From Ascidiella aspersa (taxonomy: Eukaryota): DNA of 64,000 bases. Shown here piece after piece: positions 34,560 through 47,900 of this stretch. The notes under the pieces were generated by a model. The model was not told the origin of the DNA, ran no database searches, and saw only the letters and a program-made list of their open reading frames with translations. The first letter of the stretch is position 1. Each line of letters opens with the position of its first letter. The stretch is from the NCBI GenBank assembly GCA_963924565.1, contig OZ004609.1:28768001-28832000 (forward strand), read 5' to 3'. The translations under genes and the position numbers were made by a program.

Positions 34560-37500
34560 ATGGACTTCGAAGATTTGGACGACCGGCGACTGTATTCAAA
34601 GGGTAACATACACTTCATTTATTCACAAAACCAGCGTAAAGTTTCCCTGGGAATCCCTAATAGCGAAGCAAGCTCATCACATTTGCCCCAGCATTCTCAT
34701 TTCGAGCCGTGCCCGTCGGTGAGTTGTGTGTAACCGGCCGCCGCTGTCGCTTCACACCTTTTCACAAAAGGCCGGTGGCGCGACACTTTGCAGGGCGACA
34801 AAAGGCGCGACCCACTTCGGCTTGTCGCGCAACACAGCAGCGATACTTCACCTGCCACACACCGAAACCGTTGCGTTGTGACGTCATCGGGGGGCTGGGT
34901 GATTCCGGAAAAGCTTTAAAACCCGTAACAAATCAGCTTCTGCTAAAAACACTGCTGATGATATCTACAGGTTTTACACAACGATAGTAGTAATGGAAAC
35001 TGACATAGCGTATGTGTTTTTTACGTTTTACAAGCAAGGGCTGTTTGCGTCTGGCTAAATGTGCGATTTTGTCGAGTCCCGAGTCCTGTTTCAACGTCCA
35101 GCCTGTATTTCACCCAATTAACTGTAAAATAAGGTGGATATTCAACTATCCACTCATATCGGTGTCATGCAATTGATCCACTCACAATACATGGTTGGAA
35201 AATATTGCACCACGTTCTATTCCACCTTTACAATTTACAGTTTACGGCCTTATTAATTTTGAAATTTGTTACTACACACGACCGCACGTCGCAGTCAGGA
35301 CTCTGGTAGTTTATGCAGTTACACGAGTCCCGATTCGGACTGCAGCTAAATTAATCTACTCCTTCTACTCCCGAGTCCCGAGTCCGACTCCGCAGCCCTG
35401 GTTACAAGTACATTACAAATGGATTGTTTTTCCGCTCAAACTATTTTCGTTTGGTAACGATTTCTCTAAAGTAATAGAAACGGTGGTAAATTTAATTATC
35501 TTAACTATATTATAGTAGCCTCAAATAACTGGTGTTTTAATATTATTATTTTCATCTTTCTTGTTTGCTAAAGTCTATATATAGGCCTAAGCAGGCACCA
35601 AATAAATTGTTTTCTGTCCGTTGAAAAGCGTCGGTTTTGTTTGATAAAGCATGACCCAAGGAATACAGTTCCAACTTACCGATATTAGTGTGTTGTATTA
35701 ATGCGTACAACTAAATAGGAGATAACATTCTAATTATTTTATTTCGGTGCATGTATATGCAGACTTTTTTCCTCTAAAGAGTTGACTGATTTCGTGTTGC
35801 ATTTTTAAACTGTACTTCTGGCTAATCTAAAAGCGCTAGCGGCAGCCTCAAATCATGTATTTCATTCTTTATTTTTTCTTGTTTTTTTGCCTGTTGTAGC
35901 ATGATAGGTAGAATACAGTTCGCTAATTAATAGTCGACTAGTTTTATTCTAAAAAGCTTTTCAAAAAAATTGTAATTCAGCGACGACTGAGCTCTATAAA
36001 AGCACGACAGTTAATTCTTGCCACAAAAGTGGCAGTTCAAAAGACCAATTTTGCTTAATTTCTATTTTAATTTCCCGACTTTATTCTTGTTTAAAAAAGT
36101 TATTTTATCGAATTACATTCATTTTATACATAATCAAAATAGCACCTCGATCAACGATATTGTATGCCGTTACAAAAGGTACATGCATTTCATGCAATCC
36201 AAACTTTTACATAATTGTAAATATTGACTTGCACATTGGTTGGAAATTCATTAATAGCAAATTGCCATGGAGCTGTAGTCTTTTCCGTCAAATTGTGCCA
36301 CAAAGTATGATACTGTTTACAGCAGTGGTTCTCAACCGGGGTGCCGCGGCGCCCTGGTGTGTCATTTCTAATGCTCAAGGGTGCCGATAGGTATTTAAGA
36401 TTTTTATATGAATCTGATTTTTGCTCAATTGGTAAGCTTCTTGATAGGCAACTATTTGTGTACGACTGGAGACCATTATATCAAACGGCTTTTTCTTACA
36501 TGTTCTAAGTTGATTTGTGTTGTTACAATTCTATTTATAGTGACATTTCAGTAAAACACTCAACAAAAATTCCAGTCGTGGTGCCGAAAATCTATGTATT
36601 ATTTTTGTCACTGGTTTTCAGGATCATACTTTTGCAAAAATGTCCAATAGTAATTTCCAGGAGACGACATTTATTGATCGAATCTCAAGCGTCATCAGTC
36701 CGGAAATTAGGCGCCATCAATGTTCTGGTCCGAGGCTCAGGCTAATCCTCACTTTGCCATCTTTTAATCGTCAGCGCAGAGGCTTTAAGTAAATTGACTT
36801 GGCGAATTTGTCCACATGTGTCGCCACTGAGCAAACGTTTACTTTCGGCCGCCAGGAGCGCTTCGGAGCCGACAGTTTCCCAGTCTTTTTTTAACGGACA
36901 TTAGCCGCTGTCCAAAATTGTGGTCAGACTTGGGCAATTGCGGCGTAGAAGGCCAGCCGAAGTTTCGCTGTCAAATTTGAAAGCGCGCCTTTCTGCTGAC
37001 GTTTTGATGTAGCTTGATAGATCGCTTTGCTCGGTATTTTTGTAAAAATATGGTAGTGTTTATTATGAAAGGTCTATAGAATATTGTGGATATCGAGAAT
37101 TATCTCTTCTATCGTCGACGTATCAATCTCTCTTCCTGTTTTAACAAGTTTTAAATCGACATTTCGCCAGAAAATATCAGCTGTCCCCATCGGGATGGTA
37201 AATGCTATCGAAACATCAGTTTCAACTCTTCAGAAAGAGCAATTTTTACCGATCAATATTGTAGATATGTGTTACTGTAAAATTTTATTGAAAGCCAGGC
37301 CATCCATAAAGTGCTGGTCGTTTTTTTAACACCGCACATATCAGGCTAAATTCTTTCGGACAGTTGGAGAAACTATCAAAACGAATTTACTCCTCGAAAT
37401 AGCCACTTTGTCGAGTGCTGCTTGGTTGGCGAGTGTCAGGAGTTGTGTTTACGCGCACCGTAATGCCTTTTCCGGTTGGTGATTAGCCGAGCTGGGAAGA

Positions 37501-37735
37501 TATTAGATTACCGCCTGGGCGCGCTTTGCCGTAAATTGAAAAAGCGCCCAGGCGGCGTCCGCGCCACGCCGAAGAACTGTCCGGCCGTAGCTGAGTCGAC
37601 GAGTGCTTCTCTTAGTCGAGGAGCACGCCTTTCAGTCGCTCCTGTGCGCTTGGCTGTGGCCTTCCATGCTGTTGCTGCCATTTCGATGGTTGCTGCTACT
37701 GTTTCAGTGTGAGATGTCGGGCGAAGGAGGCGGCT
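34560..37735 (+). CDS. Putative alternative 5' coding exons of Robo (34560-34718 and 37636-37735)
   Basis: ATG-initiated 53-codon exon ending TCG|GTGAGT (phase 0). Second exon starts after TTTCAG, encodes hydrophobic SLLCAWLWPSMLLLPFRWLLLLFQCEMSGEGGG and ends T|GTAAGA (phase 1), in phase with the Ig1 exon at 49455. Confidence 0.5.
35036..35400 (-). mobile_element. CAGGGCTGC-family MITE (reverse orientation)
   Basis: Ends CCGAGTCCGACTCCGCAGCCCTG. Internal TACAATTTACAGTTTACGGCC is complementary to the family core. Confidence 0.7.
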
Positions 37736-37931
37736 GTAAGAAGATTTGTACTGTAGGCCTAGATGAGATGCCGTATCAGATTGTTTAATTTATGTTTTTA
37801 CGTGTGTATTTCGATAAGTGCGTTAATGACTTTTGCGGATGTATCGGATCGCAATTCGTCAGGAAGCGACGTGTGAACGTCATTCTAGGGAGCAGTAATA
37901 TGAAAAGCTATGTTAGAGAATGCTGAAACAA

Positions 37932-38118
37932 ACTCTATGTAGAACACTATATACGGATCTGTTCATAAGTTTAATGGTGAAAATAACGGCCCAAATAGAC
38001 GTAAAAAGCGACATGCTTTATTGTTCAAACGTTCGGCAATTGCTCATGCCATCATCAGTGATGATCACGCTTTTTACGTTCATTTGGGCCGTTATTTTTA
38101 CCACTAAACTCTATATAG
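37932..38118 (-). mobile_element. Palindromic Penelope-like repeat with degenerate hammerhead (same family as 17730-17852)
   Basis: ~43-bp inverted arms (37968-38010 / 38068-38110) surround CTGATGA-TGGCA..TGCC-GAA-CGTT on the minus strand, with one core A lost. Flanked by ACTCTATGTAG / ACTCTATATAG direct repeats. Confidence 0.7.
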
Positions 38119-38996
38119 TTAATGACAGTTACCGGCGCCGGCAGGTAAAATAGACATTTCAGGTTAGCGGGATATCGAGCGTCGAAGCCCGGTCAAAAAT
38201 GCGCGCACGTCTGATGGTCATTTGAGATATTGTTTTCAAATATGGAGCTTAGCTGTACATTGTGTATTGAATCGCAATATAGGTCTTGCAAATAAAGCCG
38301 TAGTTGAGTCAGTCATTCATCGGTCGACTTGCCTTAGTTAGCCGCAACAATTGCAGTTATTTCCCCATAGACGAGCGGATTAGTAACGAACCAGGCCGCG
38401 GCGCTGTATCGTCTTGCCTTTGTCCAGTTCGCAAATCCCTTCCAAAATCAATAAGACATTTGAAAGGGAGAGTCATATTCCCAGCGATTCCGCGCATATG
38501 TTACCGCTCGGTCGAGTTTAACTGTGCCAGTGTGACGGTTAGAGCAGTTCGTGTAGTTTTTAGGTAACTTGGTGTTAAGAGGGCAAATGTACATATCGCT
38601 CTTCGAGTTCAATTCCCGTGTACTTGAAGGGCTAGAGATTTAAAGTGGCCGTGTAACCGCATTTGTTTTACTTTATAGCTTCAAGATCGCCACTTCGTCA
38701 TGGGATGCTTTTAGGATGTTTAGCGTAAACCACGGAAACAAAGGCCTCGGAAACATTTTGACAAAGTGTTCTTTATCTCTCTATATGTGCTGTAGATTGT
38801 AGGCGATTCAAACAAAAAGCTGAGACCGAGACAAACTGTGGAACCAGCAGCTTTAGTCTTCCTGCTGTTCTATGGAGCTATTATTACACACGTCCATTAG
38901 CATCTTGGAATTCTAAATCCCGCGTTTTTAACTCGCTCTCTTGTTGGAATTATCTGCTTGAAAGCACAGCACAGCAAACCGTTCACAACCACTGCA

Positions 38997-41900
38997 ATGA
39001 AGACTCGCCTGGCGCTTAGAATATTATTCGGTCTTGTGCAATGTCTTCACGTCGTCGGTAAGTGTGAAAACGCAAAATCTACAAGATTAAATGTTATGTT
39101 TATTGTGTTGCGATGTAGTATAACACTAATTGGAAGTTAGTGCTTTTTTAAAAGAAGGAAAACATTTTGAGGTGGGCCACAGACCAATTTAAAAAACCTT
39201 GATTTATTGACGAATTTAGTTTTATTCGTGTCACTATAATTAATTTTACAGAAATAATGTCTTTTTGGGAGGAATTGAGAAATAATGCAAATGAAATTTA
39301 AATTTATTGTTTAGCAGCAAGTATCTCACCAATACACAGTTGAATAAATATCCTGTTTTGAAAAAAATTGAAGTTCTGCTGTTTTTTTGTTCTAAACCTG
39401 TTTCATATTTTTTTCTTTATATAAAAGATATTGAGCCACAGAATTTATGTGCAACGAAAATGGGTTACAAAAAAGTTTGAGAACCACTGGGTTAGAGAAT
39501 GGTTTCGATTTAGAAAACAGGAGTAGTTTAAATGCTTTGGTTCAACGTTGATTCAGAACCGCAATAATCCGCTTTGGGCCATTATATGCGAGGTGAAGAC
39601 GCTGGTTGTCCGGCGGGTGCACCTTTAAACGTGATTTCGAGCGTGCAGCCAGGCAACAAACAAACACACGTGTCCAATTAATCGCCCCCAGACAGGCCCT
39701 AATCCCTTCGGCGAGCGTAAACAGATTATAACAAGGTAAGAAAATATTTCGGCCGGGGTGCAAATGGCCGGGACAGCGCGAAAGGCGGACGTTGTTTATA
39801 CGCGGGGACAAAAGCCGGACCCGGTTTCGCTACGCGTGGGGCAAGCCCGGTTTCGCCGCAGCGTTTTTGCCACTCACGCGAGAATGTGCGCGCCTTTAGA
39901 AAGCGCCTTCAACGTCGCGAACGGCGAACATTAGTTGAGCAAACATGGCGCCGAATGCGATTTGAAACTTTTGGCAACTGAATAATTTCTCGCGGGGGCG
40001 GTATTCTTCGGCCGGTTTGCAACTGCGAGTGTTGATTTTGCGAAACAAGCGAGAAAATTGGCTACTGGTTTTGCGCCGCGCAGCATTTGTCCAACCAACA
40101 TTTCAAACCACATTGACTGACTACACATACGAGGCTGGCGCGTGAAATCGCCATTTAAAGGCAATTGGTCGCTATCTCGCCTGGTCAACTTTATGGCGGT
40201 CACAAGAGCCAATTGACCTGTTGCCAGATCGCCGAGAAAGAGAGAGCGGTCCACTTGTTTTCGACTTTCGCCCGGGCGCGCGCTCGTTTAAACAAGCCTC
40301 GAAAGGCCGTAAAAACGGCGAATGCATTGCCATTGCAAGCGAGCGGCCGTTTACTTACACGCGATAAATTTTACGGCGAATTACCTTCTTGTTGTGTTTG
40401 TGGATTGATTTGCGATGGGCGGTGGTGGTGGTCGGCCGTGGGGGGTTCGACGCAAGGTTTCGACCACTTTCTCCACGAGTTTGAACCTGTCGACCCTCGT
40501 GTTCAATCAAACCTAATTAGGGAGCCGTTGCAAAGCTCTTTAACCTATAAAACCACTGCCGTGTTGCAGACCGAATTTAAACGTGCTTGCGCCATCAGAA
40601 ACTTAAACATTCCTGTCTCAATTATGAATATTCAGCAATTTAAAAAGTGTAGCTGTACGTGTGTGACGCGAAGCTCAATTTCCCGTGTAATATTGTACCC
40701 CGCGATTACGGCCGTAATTCGTAGTCGCTGCGAAATTTCCCGGCCCCGCGTTCGCGAAAAACAGTCGTTTCCTATTACATCATCAAGTGCGTTAAAACCG
40801 TCCTCGACGCGGATTCCGGCCAGGATTAAGGCGTCCAACTAGCTTCGTGTTCGTGCTGCCTTAAAGCAATAGCAGTCGACGCTTTTAATCGGTAAGACGC
40901 TTACTGTCCGAGCTAAATGGTCGCTTAACTCTCCTGTCGCCATGTTTGGCGTGTAATACCCGAACTGAGCCTGTAGTCCACCCAGCACTTATACGCCCTG
41001 TTAAATAGCGCCCTTGCAGTAGAACGAGGAGCAGCTATTATGTGCGATTTGCTTGCTGCTATTCGGAAACTGCACTTTCCGAGTCGTCCACGCCTTTTAA
41101 TTGTTCGTTTCGGGCAAAATTTAGCCCGCTGTGGCTTTACGGCACGCAGGTTTAATATTTCGGACACGTTTTTTTGACTTTTTTTGATTCGCAATACCTC
41201 TAAGACAGTAAACATCGTTGAAAAATCAAGTCCGTGTTAGACAAATTCTAAGCAAGTTTAGGTCGGTGGCCTCCTAAATCAATTGCAGGCTGCTGGATAA
41301 GTCAATTCATTTTGTTTTATTTACGCTACAGCACTGGACATAGCGATATTAGGTTTTGTTTTTCCAAATTACACGAGCTAAATAGTAAGACAAATTTATT
41401 GAACACCAGCCATCCAAGTCATTCCCGAATGATTGCTTTTTTAAAGTCAATACATAATGCCACAAAATTAAATTAGGATAAGTCCGTGAAAAAGAGTGTC
41501 TATAATGAAACAGGTCGTTACATAACACAGAGATGTAAGTGAATCGTCTTCCCTCGTTTGCACAAACAACTCGTGAGGATTTTATTTCGGTAATCTAATG
41601 AAGCGTTCCGACCGCCATATGCAGTGCGCCGGTAATGCGTATTAAGTCGGCGATTGGGTGACTCACCATCGTTTGACCGACGATGCGACGTTTATTGGGA
41701 ACAACTCTTTTTGGTTGATTAGACGCCGCTGGCCAAAACACCAACCTGTGCGCAAACCCATAGCGATCGAGTTTACCGGTAAATTTGCGATGCGCCCAAA
41801 ATTCGAAGGGTTGTTTTGCCAGCGCCGGCAATGCAGTATCGATTTTTGGCCTTCGCTCTTGGCAGCACGGTCAGACAGCGCTGACAGGGTCGCGTCAGCG

Positions 41901-44900
41901 CCGAGCGACCGACTCCTTCTGGCGTAATGAAGGCCGTGGAGAACGCTCCCGTCCGTTCGTCCGCCCGGCCGAGCAATTGCCGGATTAACACAGCACCTCT
42001 GCTTCGATTCGATCTCGACCTGAATAATTCATGGCCGCGTTCCCTCGTAGCTCGGCTACCCCCGCTTGCCAAGACTTTGTGTTACGAAACAGTCGCACAC
42101 CAGTTTATTTTTTTTGCTCAGCACGTCAGGGCGCCTTGCTATAGTTGGAAACGCCCTTCCTATACACTAATCCCCACCAAAAATCAGTAGCAATTGGTTT
42201 ATCTATACTTTGGTCGATTTGTTCAGTTGTATGGGATTACAATTGCAATAAAGTGGTGACTAGATAGATGGTGATAAAGTGTGACCGTTTACTTTTAACA
42301 TGGAACTCGACAACGTTTATTTCTAGCAGCACCATACTGGTCTAGTCAACTGACCAGCTCAGAATCGTTTACCTGTGTCGTGTACGAAAAAACAACTGAA
42401 TCTTAATTGCACCACAGTAAAAAACATCGAAAATAATTTACGGCGACAATTTGAGCTTTTCAAAACCTGAACTTATAATGCGATTAGGCACATCTAGTTG
42501 AAACAAGGTAACACATTGTCAACGCCCTTCGCAGGTTCACATCCGGAGCGGTTTAATCTGGCCTTTAACGGCCCGAAGCATATCGACAAACAAGCACACA
42601 AATACACTCATACACACACAGTTCCACATACGAATCGAACACTTGAAAGCGAAGGCATCCGATCCGGGCATCGGGTCTTTGCAAGGTGTGCGCAGCGCGA
42701 TTTACGATCGAGTTTGGCGAAACCTTCATTAAGTGAGAGAAGGGCGGCCTTTTCCCCGATAAGGGCCCCGAGCATTCCTCGGCGCACAAATATAGCCTCA
42801 GAAACGCGCCGGCGTCCCCGGGCGTTTGTGTACCCTCCATGACAGATTCTATTTGGATTGCTCCTCGGCGGGCGAGCCGATACTTAGAAGCTCTTGACGC
42901 ACCCCCGCCCTCCACCCACCAACTTTGATAAAATGTGCGCGATCGCCGTCGGCGCTGCTCCTTTTGCTTTTTGTGTTGCAACAACAGCAAGGAAATTTCC
43001 GTTTGTCGCAATAAACCCCTTCGAGTTTATTAAATTTGGTGTTTGGGAGAATTTATGTGGTGCCACAGACGTTTAATTATGTCACACGACTAGCGGCGTT
43101 AAATATTTTTTGTTGGTGTTTTGCAGCATTGGAAAAGGCCGAAAATGCTATCCCTTTTTGTTTTATTGAATGTAAAGCATAAATATAAACCTACACACCT
43201 TGTACCAGACAAACTTTACCCCAGATACCTTATATCATTCACGCGGAGGATTATCTCACGGGGGCAGCAGTCAACCCGGTTTGCCCGCTTGCCGCCTTGT
43301 CTCGTTCTCGCTCGTAATATTTTAAGGGCGTCAATCATTGGCGCCACAAAACAAAAGCGGCGCGACTTATAAAACGGCCTTAAACTTGAGCACCGGCGCA
43401 TCTCCAAAGCATATACTTTGTGGTCCTTGCGAGTCGCCGCTCGGTCGACAAAGCTTGTTTGCGCGATCGTTTGCGTTTGTCACTTGTGCGACCGGCCGCC
43501 ATGAGGTCGTCAATCCGGCCTCGTATATCCTTCCAGGTGAGATGTTTATCGTCTAATTGCTGGTCGATGTTTGTCTTTGGCAGATAAGCGCGCAATCTCG
43601 ACCGACGTCGATGTCCGTTGAGGCTATAGTTTGCTCGTGCGTGCCGAGATTTGACGGTCTGGTAAAATGGCGAATAACCGTCTCTTACCTTGCTTTGTTA
43701 TTATCAGTGAACCATTGTGATGCGGATAGGTCATCTTTTGCGGGTTGCCATTTTGCTGGAAACGTGTCCAGTCGGCCGTTGACGTAAATTCGCCGTGCTC
43801 TTGTTTCTATTTTTATGCCGCACTTTGGGGTAAAGTTCAGGGCAACCGCGAATCAGTCGTTTGTTTCAAGTGGTCGCTTGTTGCTATTTGTAGAGCGAAT
43901 GTGGAATGCTGCCGAAAGGGATTTGGGACTAAATCAAGTAATAAGGTCACGAAAATAATCCAACCCTGACTCCACATAACCCAAATGTCTCTTTGATTAG
44001 AAGGTATGGGCTTCCTATTTTCTGTATGAACAGGTTCTCGCCCTTAAACCGGTAACACAAAAGGCCCCTTTCCGCTTTGGCGCTGCTTCTTTAAACGGGC
44101 AAACAATTGCAGAAGTCAGGCGTTTGCGTTGTCGCAACAACAACAGCAGAAACCCTTGCAGTTCACCATCCAACAACTAAACTGCAGCGGTGCCTGTGTA
44201 GACCTTCCGTTGTTTGTTCGAAGACTTAGTCGAAGCGTGAATATAGGCGCGTTTGATATTGACCGGGCCGGCCGCTGTGATGTAACCCCGCCCACTTGGT
44301 TGAAAAAACAACAAGCGACCCGTTCTTAGTGACCCGATTTATGATCTTGCCCTTTATTTCGTTTGGCGTGCTGGGATGGGCGCGTTGTTTGCCAAAGCTC
44401 ACAAGAAATGTCGGGAAATGATTTTGGTGTCGCCTCGGAATGTTGTTCGATAAGGTCGAATGGTATTTGGGCTCTGATGGGTCCTTGTTTTGCTAGGTGT
44501 CCCAAATGAGCGCTGTTAGGTAAACTAAACAACACATGGCTGGGGCAGGCAACTTTAAATACAAGACCATATAGGGTTATTTTACACTTCAAGTTAATCG
44601 TTTTTGGTTTTTGAAACGTTTTTGGTTTGAAACAGTTATAGTTTTTCGGTTAAACTTAATGACATTATTTCAATCTTTGGACACAGCACAAATAGAACTT
44701 TTGCTACAGTATTAACAGTTTGGTTTTTGGCAAAAGTATCAATAAATATATGCATATTGATAATTTTCAAAAGTTTATCCAAAACAGCGCGTATATCAGA
44801 ACGACAATTTTTCTCCAATATTGGCTACAATGGAAAGGTCGGCACCTCGCGGTAACAATCCTTAACTTTTATCCGTTTCGTTCAAATTAAAACTTTCAAA

Positions 44901-47900
44901 ACCTCCCGCTTTGTGTGTCTAACAACAAGCCCGAACGCCGCGTACAATTTTCAGTCAATACGTTTGCGGCGCGTCCTAACTGCAGAATTATTGAACCAAT
45001 GCGAGCGCATAATTAGTGGGCGAAATCGATAGTCGGCGTCCGCTGCACGGCGGCCTCCGAGACCCCTCCGGGAGGTAGTTTCTCATTTTTCCTTTCTGGC
45101 GTTAACCTACTTCGACAGCAGGTACTGCTCTTGCACTCTCACTGCGTATAGAAAGAGGGTCGAGAAGCGACCACAGCGGTTTGACTTCATTTGAGTCCCA
45201 ACGATTCGTTTTTCGGGGCAGCGGCTTTGTTACGGTTCACGCGTTGGACGTAACGGCCTGGTGTGCTTCAAAACATCAGCGTGCGTTTCAGCCCAATCGA
45301 CCGCCCTAAGTCCCTCTGATTTGCTTTAAAAAATAAACAGTGTTTGCCACCAAACATCCAACTAAGGCGATGTGTGCTCGTGTGTTAACTTTGGAAGAGT
45401 GTCTCCTAACTGTTGGTCCTTGTAGAATGTTTCCTTACCAAGGCTTGTAGAATTAATTAAAATAGGTATGTGTGTTACACCATATAACGTAAACAGTTTT
45501 CTTCTCTTACTTTATAGGCCGGATTTGTGCGTTAACATAGGTAACCTATTATGTTGTTCAAAATTTTGTAACATAACTTCGTCTAATGTTTGCAAACAAT
45601 TTTGTTATTTGAACAATGAACATTTGTCTTGTAGCTTCAAACAACCTTTTTCGGTCAATTTTACCAATAAAAAAAGGGGTTTGCTATTCGCCAAGAAAAT
45701 ACCAGTCACTATACGGAAAGATTGACAGCTAACCGTTTGGTTATTACACACGTTTAAAATAAACCGTTTGCTCAACAGTCCGATGCGTTTAAAATTTATC
45801 AACGTCCCGCCGAATCACGTCACACAACCGCGGAACTTGATTAAATCTGCTCGTCCATGGCCCGTTTTATGAACGGACATTAAAAGTCGCCGGGGCGCGA
45901 CCGTCTCAGCAGATTTGGGGCGATTTCTGGTGGGAACTCGCGCTCCTCGCGGTTTTACCAAGTCGCCCGGAATTAGATTTGCCTTCACGCCGGTCGACCG
46001 TCAAACTTACGCCTCGGTTTTGATACCGCTCGGTTGTTTGTTGTTTCAAATCATTATTCGCGCGCCGCCTCTTACGGCTGACGACTTGAAACTGGTGGCA
46101 ACGAAGCGCTAAACCCGACGGCGACTTGGGAGGGCCGCTAATAAATTACCAGCTGACGAAACGAGGTTTGAAGTAGCCTTTTTTTCGTCCGAGGCTGCCT
46201 GAAATAGTTCGCCTCGTTATTATCGGCGACGATTGCCGGTCGTGGTTCGGCGATTTTCGCACGCACATTGCGGAAATGGCGTCACACACACACGAAGCGC
46301 GTTCTCTTCGGCTGAGAAACAAGCTCAAACGCTCGTCGTTTTTTATCAGCCCCCCATTTGAATGTCGCGCACATTGAATGTCGCGCTGTTTAGGATTCCG
46401 CCCCCGCTTTTCCGCCAAACCCGTCAGCGGGCGCTTGTTGCCAAAACCGAAAACGACAAAAAGCCGCCAATTCGGATGCTCGCTTCAAGCCAGGGGGTGA
46501 AGGTGGGCCTTGGGAACCTCGTTTCTGGGCCCTTTTAGAGATTGAGGCGGATTTTGCCGGTTTGCGCAATAGCGGGGACTGTACCGCTTTGGAAATTGCG
46601 GTGCTGCTTTCTTCCATTGAAATAAATTATTCGAATGAATTAACAATGTCGGTTTATAAGGCTAAAATATACATATCTTTATATCATCTTAAATAATTCC
46701 TGATTTTTACCGGTTTTTAAAAACTTTTTAAAGATTTTCTTTTTTGGAGATATTTCCTTAAGATTCAACGCTGTCACCGAAGTATTTTGGTCCCGAGTTT
46801 ATTAATAAACGATGGAGGACTGGAGGTAGAACAATGTTGAATTTTTTTTCTTTTTAGATTTTGCTTTTACAAAGTTTTAACTCAATGATCGCACAGCTTT
46901 TGCTTAGGATTTTTTAGGTGTCCTCGAAAACGTTTACGGAAGAGACTGGCGGCTTGAGACCCGGTGCCGTTTCATCGCATTAAAGACCCCGTAATCTCGC
47001 CGAAACCCATTAACCCACAAAAAAGGCTCCCGCTCCACTTGAATTAATTCGCCCAAAATCCGCGTTGCAATTTGCGGCAAAAACAAGACCGGTCCGGGCC
47101 TAATCCGACCTGTGAAATTCGCCCATCCATCACTCGTACAGTGGCAGCACCTCGGTTCCCGCTACTCGCCGTCGTATAGCTGTTTGTGTACGCGCCCTCG
47201 ATAGCCAATGGTCGTTGACAAGACAAGAGACCAGCCTCGTTGCGCGACCATTGGCCAGTCAATGTGATCGGTATTCGGTGGACATCACAAAACAGCTCGA
47301 CCTGTATTTTCTTTACACGATTTTTGGTGGGAAAAGAAGCCAATGGGCATTTCGCTTGGCTTCCCTGGCTTACTAAATGACAGGTGTAATAAGGCCACTT
47401 AAAGAATAATTCCAGCACTTGCTGACACTTTGATCAGCAATATTGACGTCAAAGTGTAACCGGTGATTTCTTCAAGCTTGCTGCAATAGGGGTTTCTTAA
47501 ATAAACAATTTACCTTTATTCGTTGAAAAGCGATTCAGGTTGCTTTATGAATTATTCTTGATTAGGCCTTATGCCGCAGAGCGCCCGAAAGCTATTTGTT
47601 TTCATCGCGTGGGGTAAAAATGCGCGAAAATTTCTATTATGATTCTGTTTGAAACTCAGCGCCTAATCAGTACAGACAGCAGCTAAATCCTCCGCTACCG
47701 GTACTAGTTGGCTTCATTTGTTTTAGCTTTAACGTCGAATCTGTGGGCTCCAGTCTTCAAACACCTACTGGCAGGTTATGGAAGGGGGAGGGGGGCGATG
47801 TGGGGCAGGTCCGTCGACGAAAGTGCGTCTGAAGCGCCCCACTGAAGGGCGCGCGATCGTCAATCGAAAACGCCACTCATAGCCACAATGGTCGACGGCG

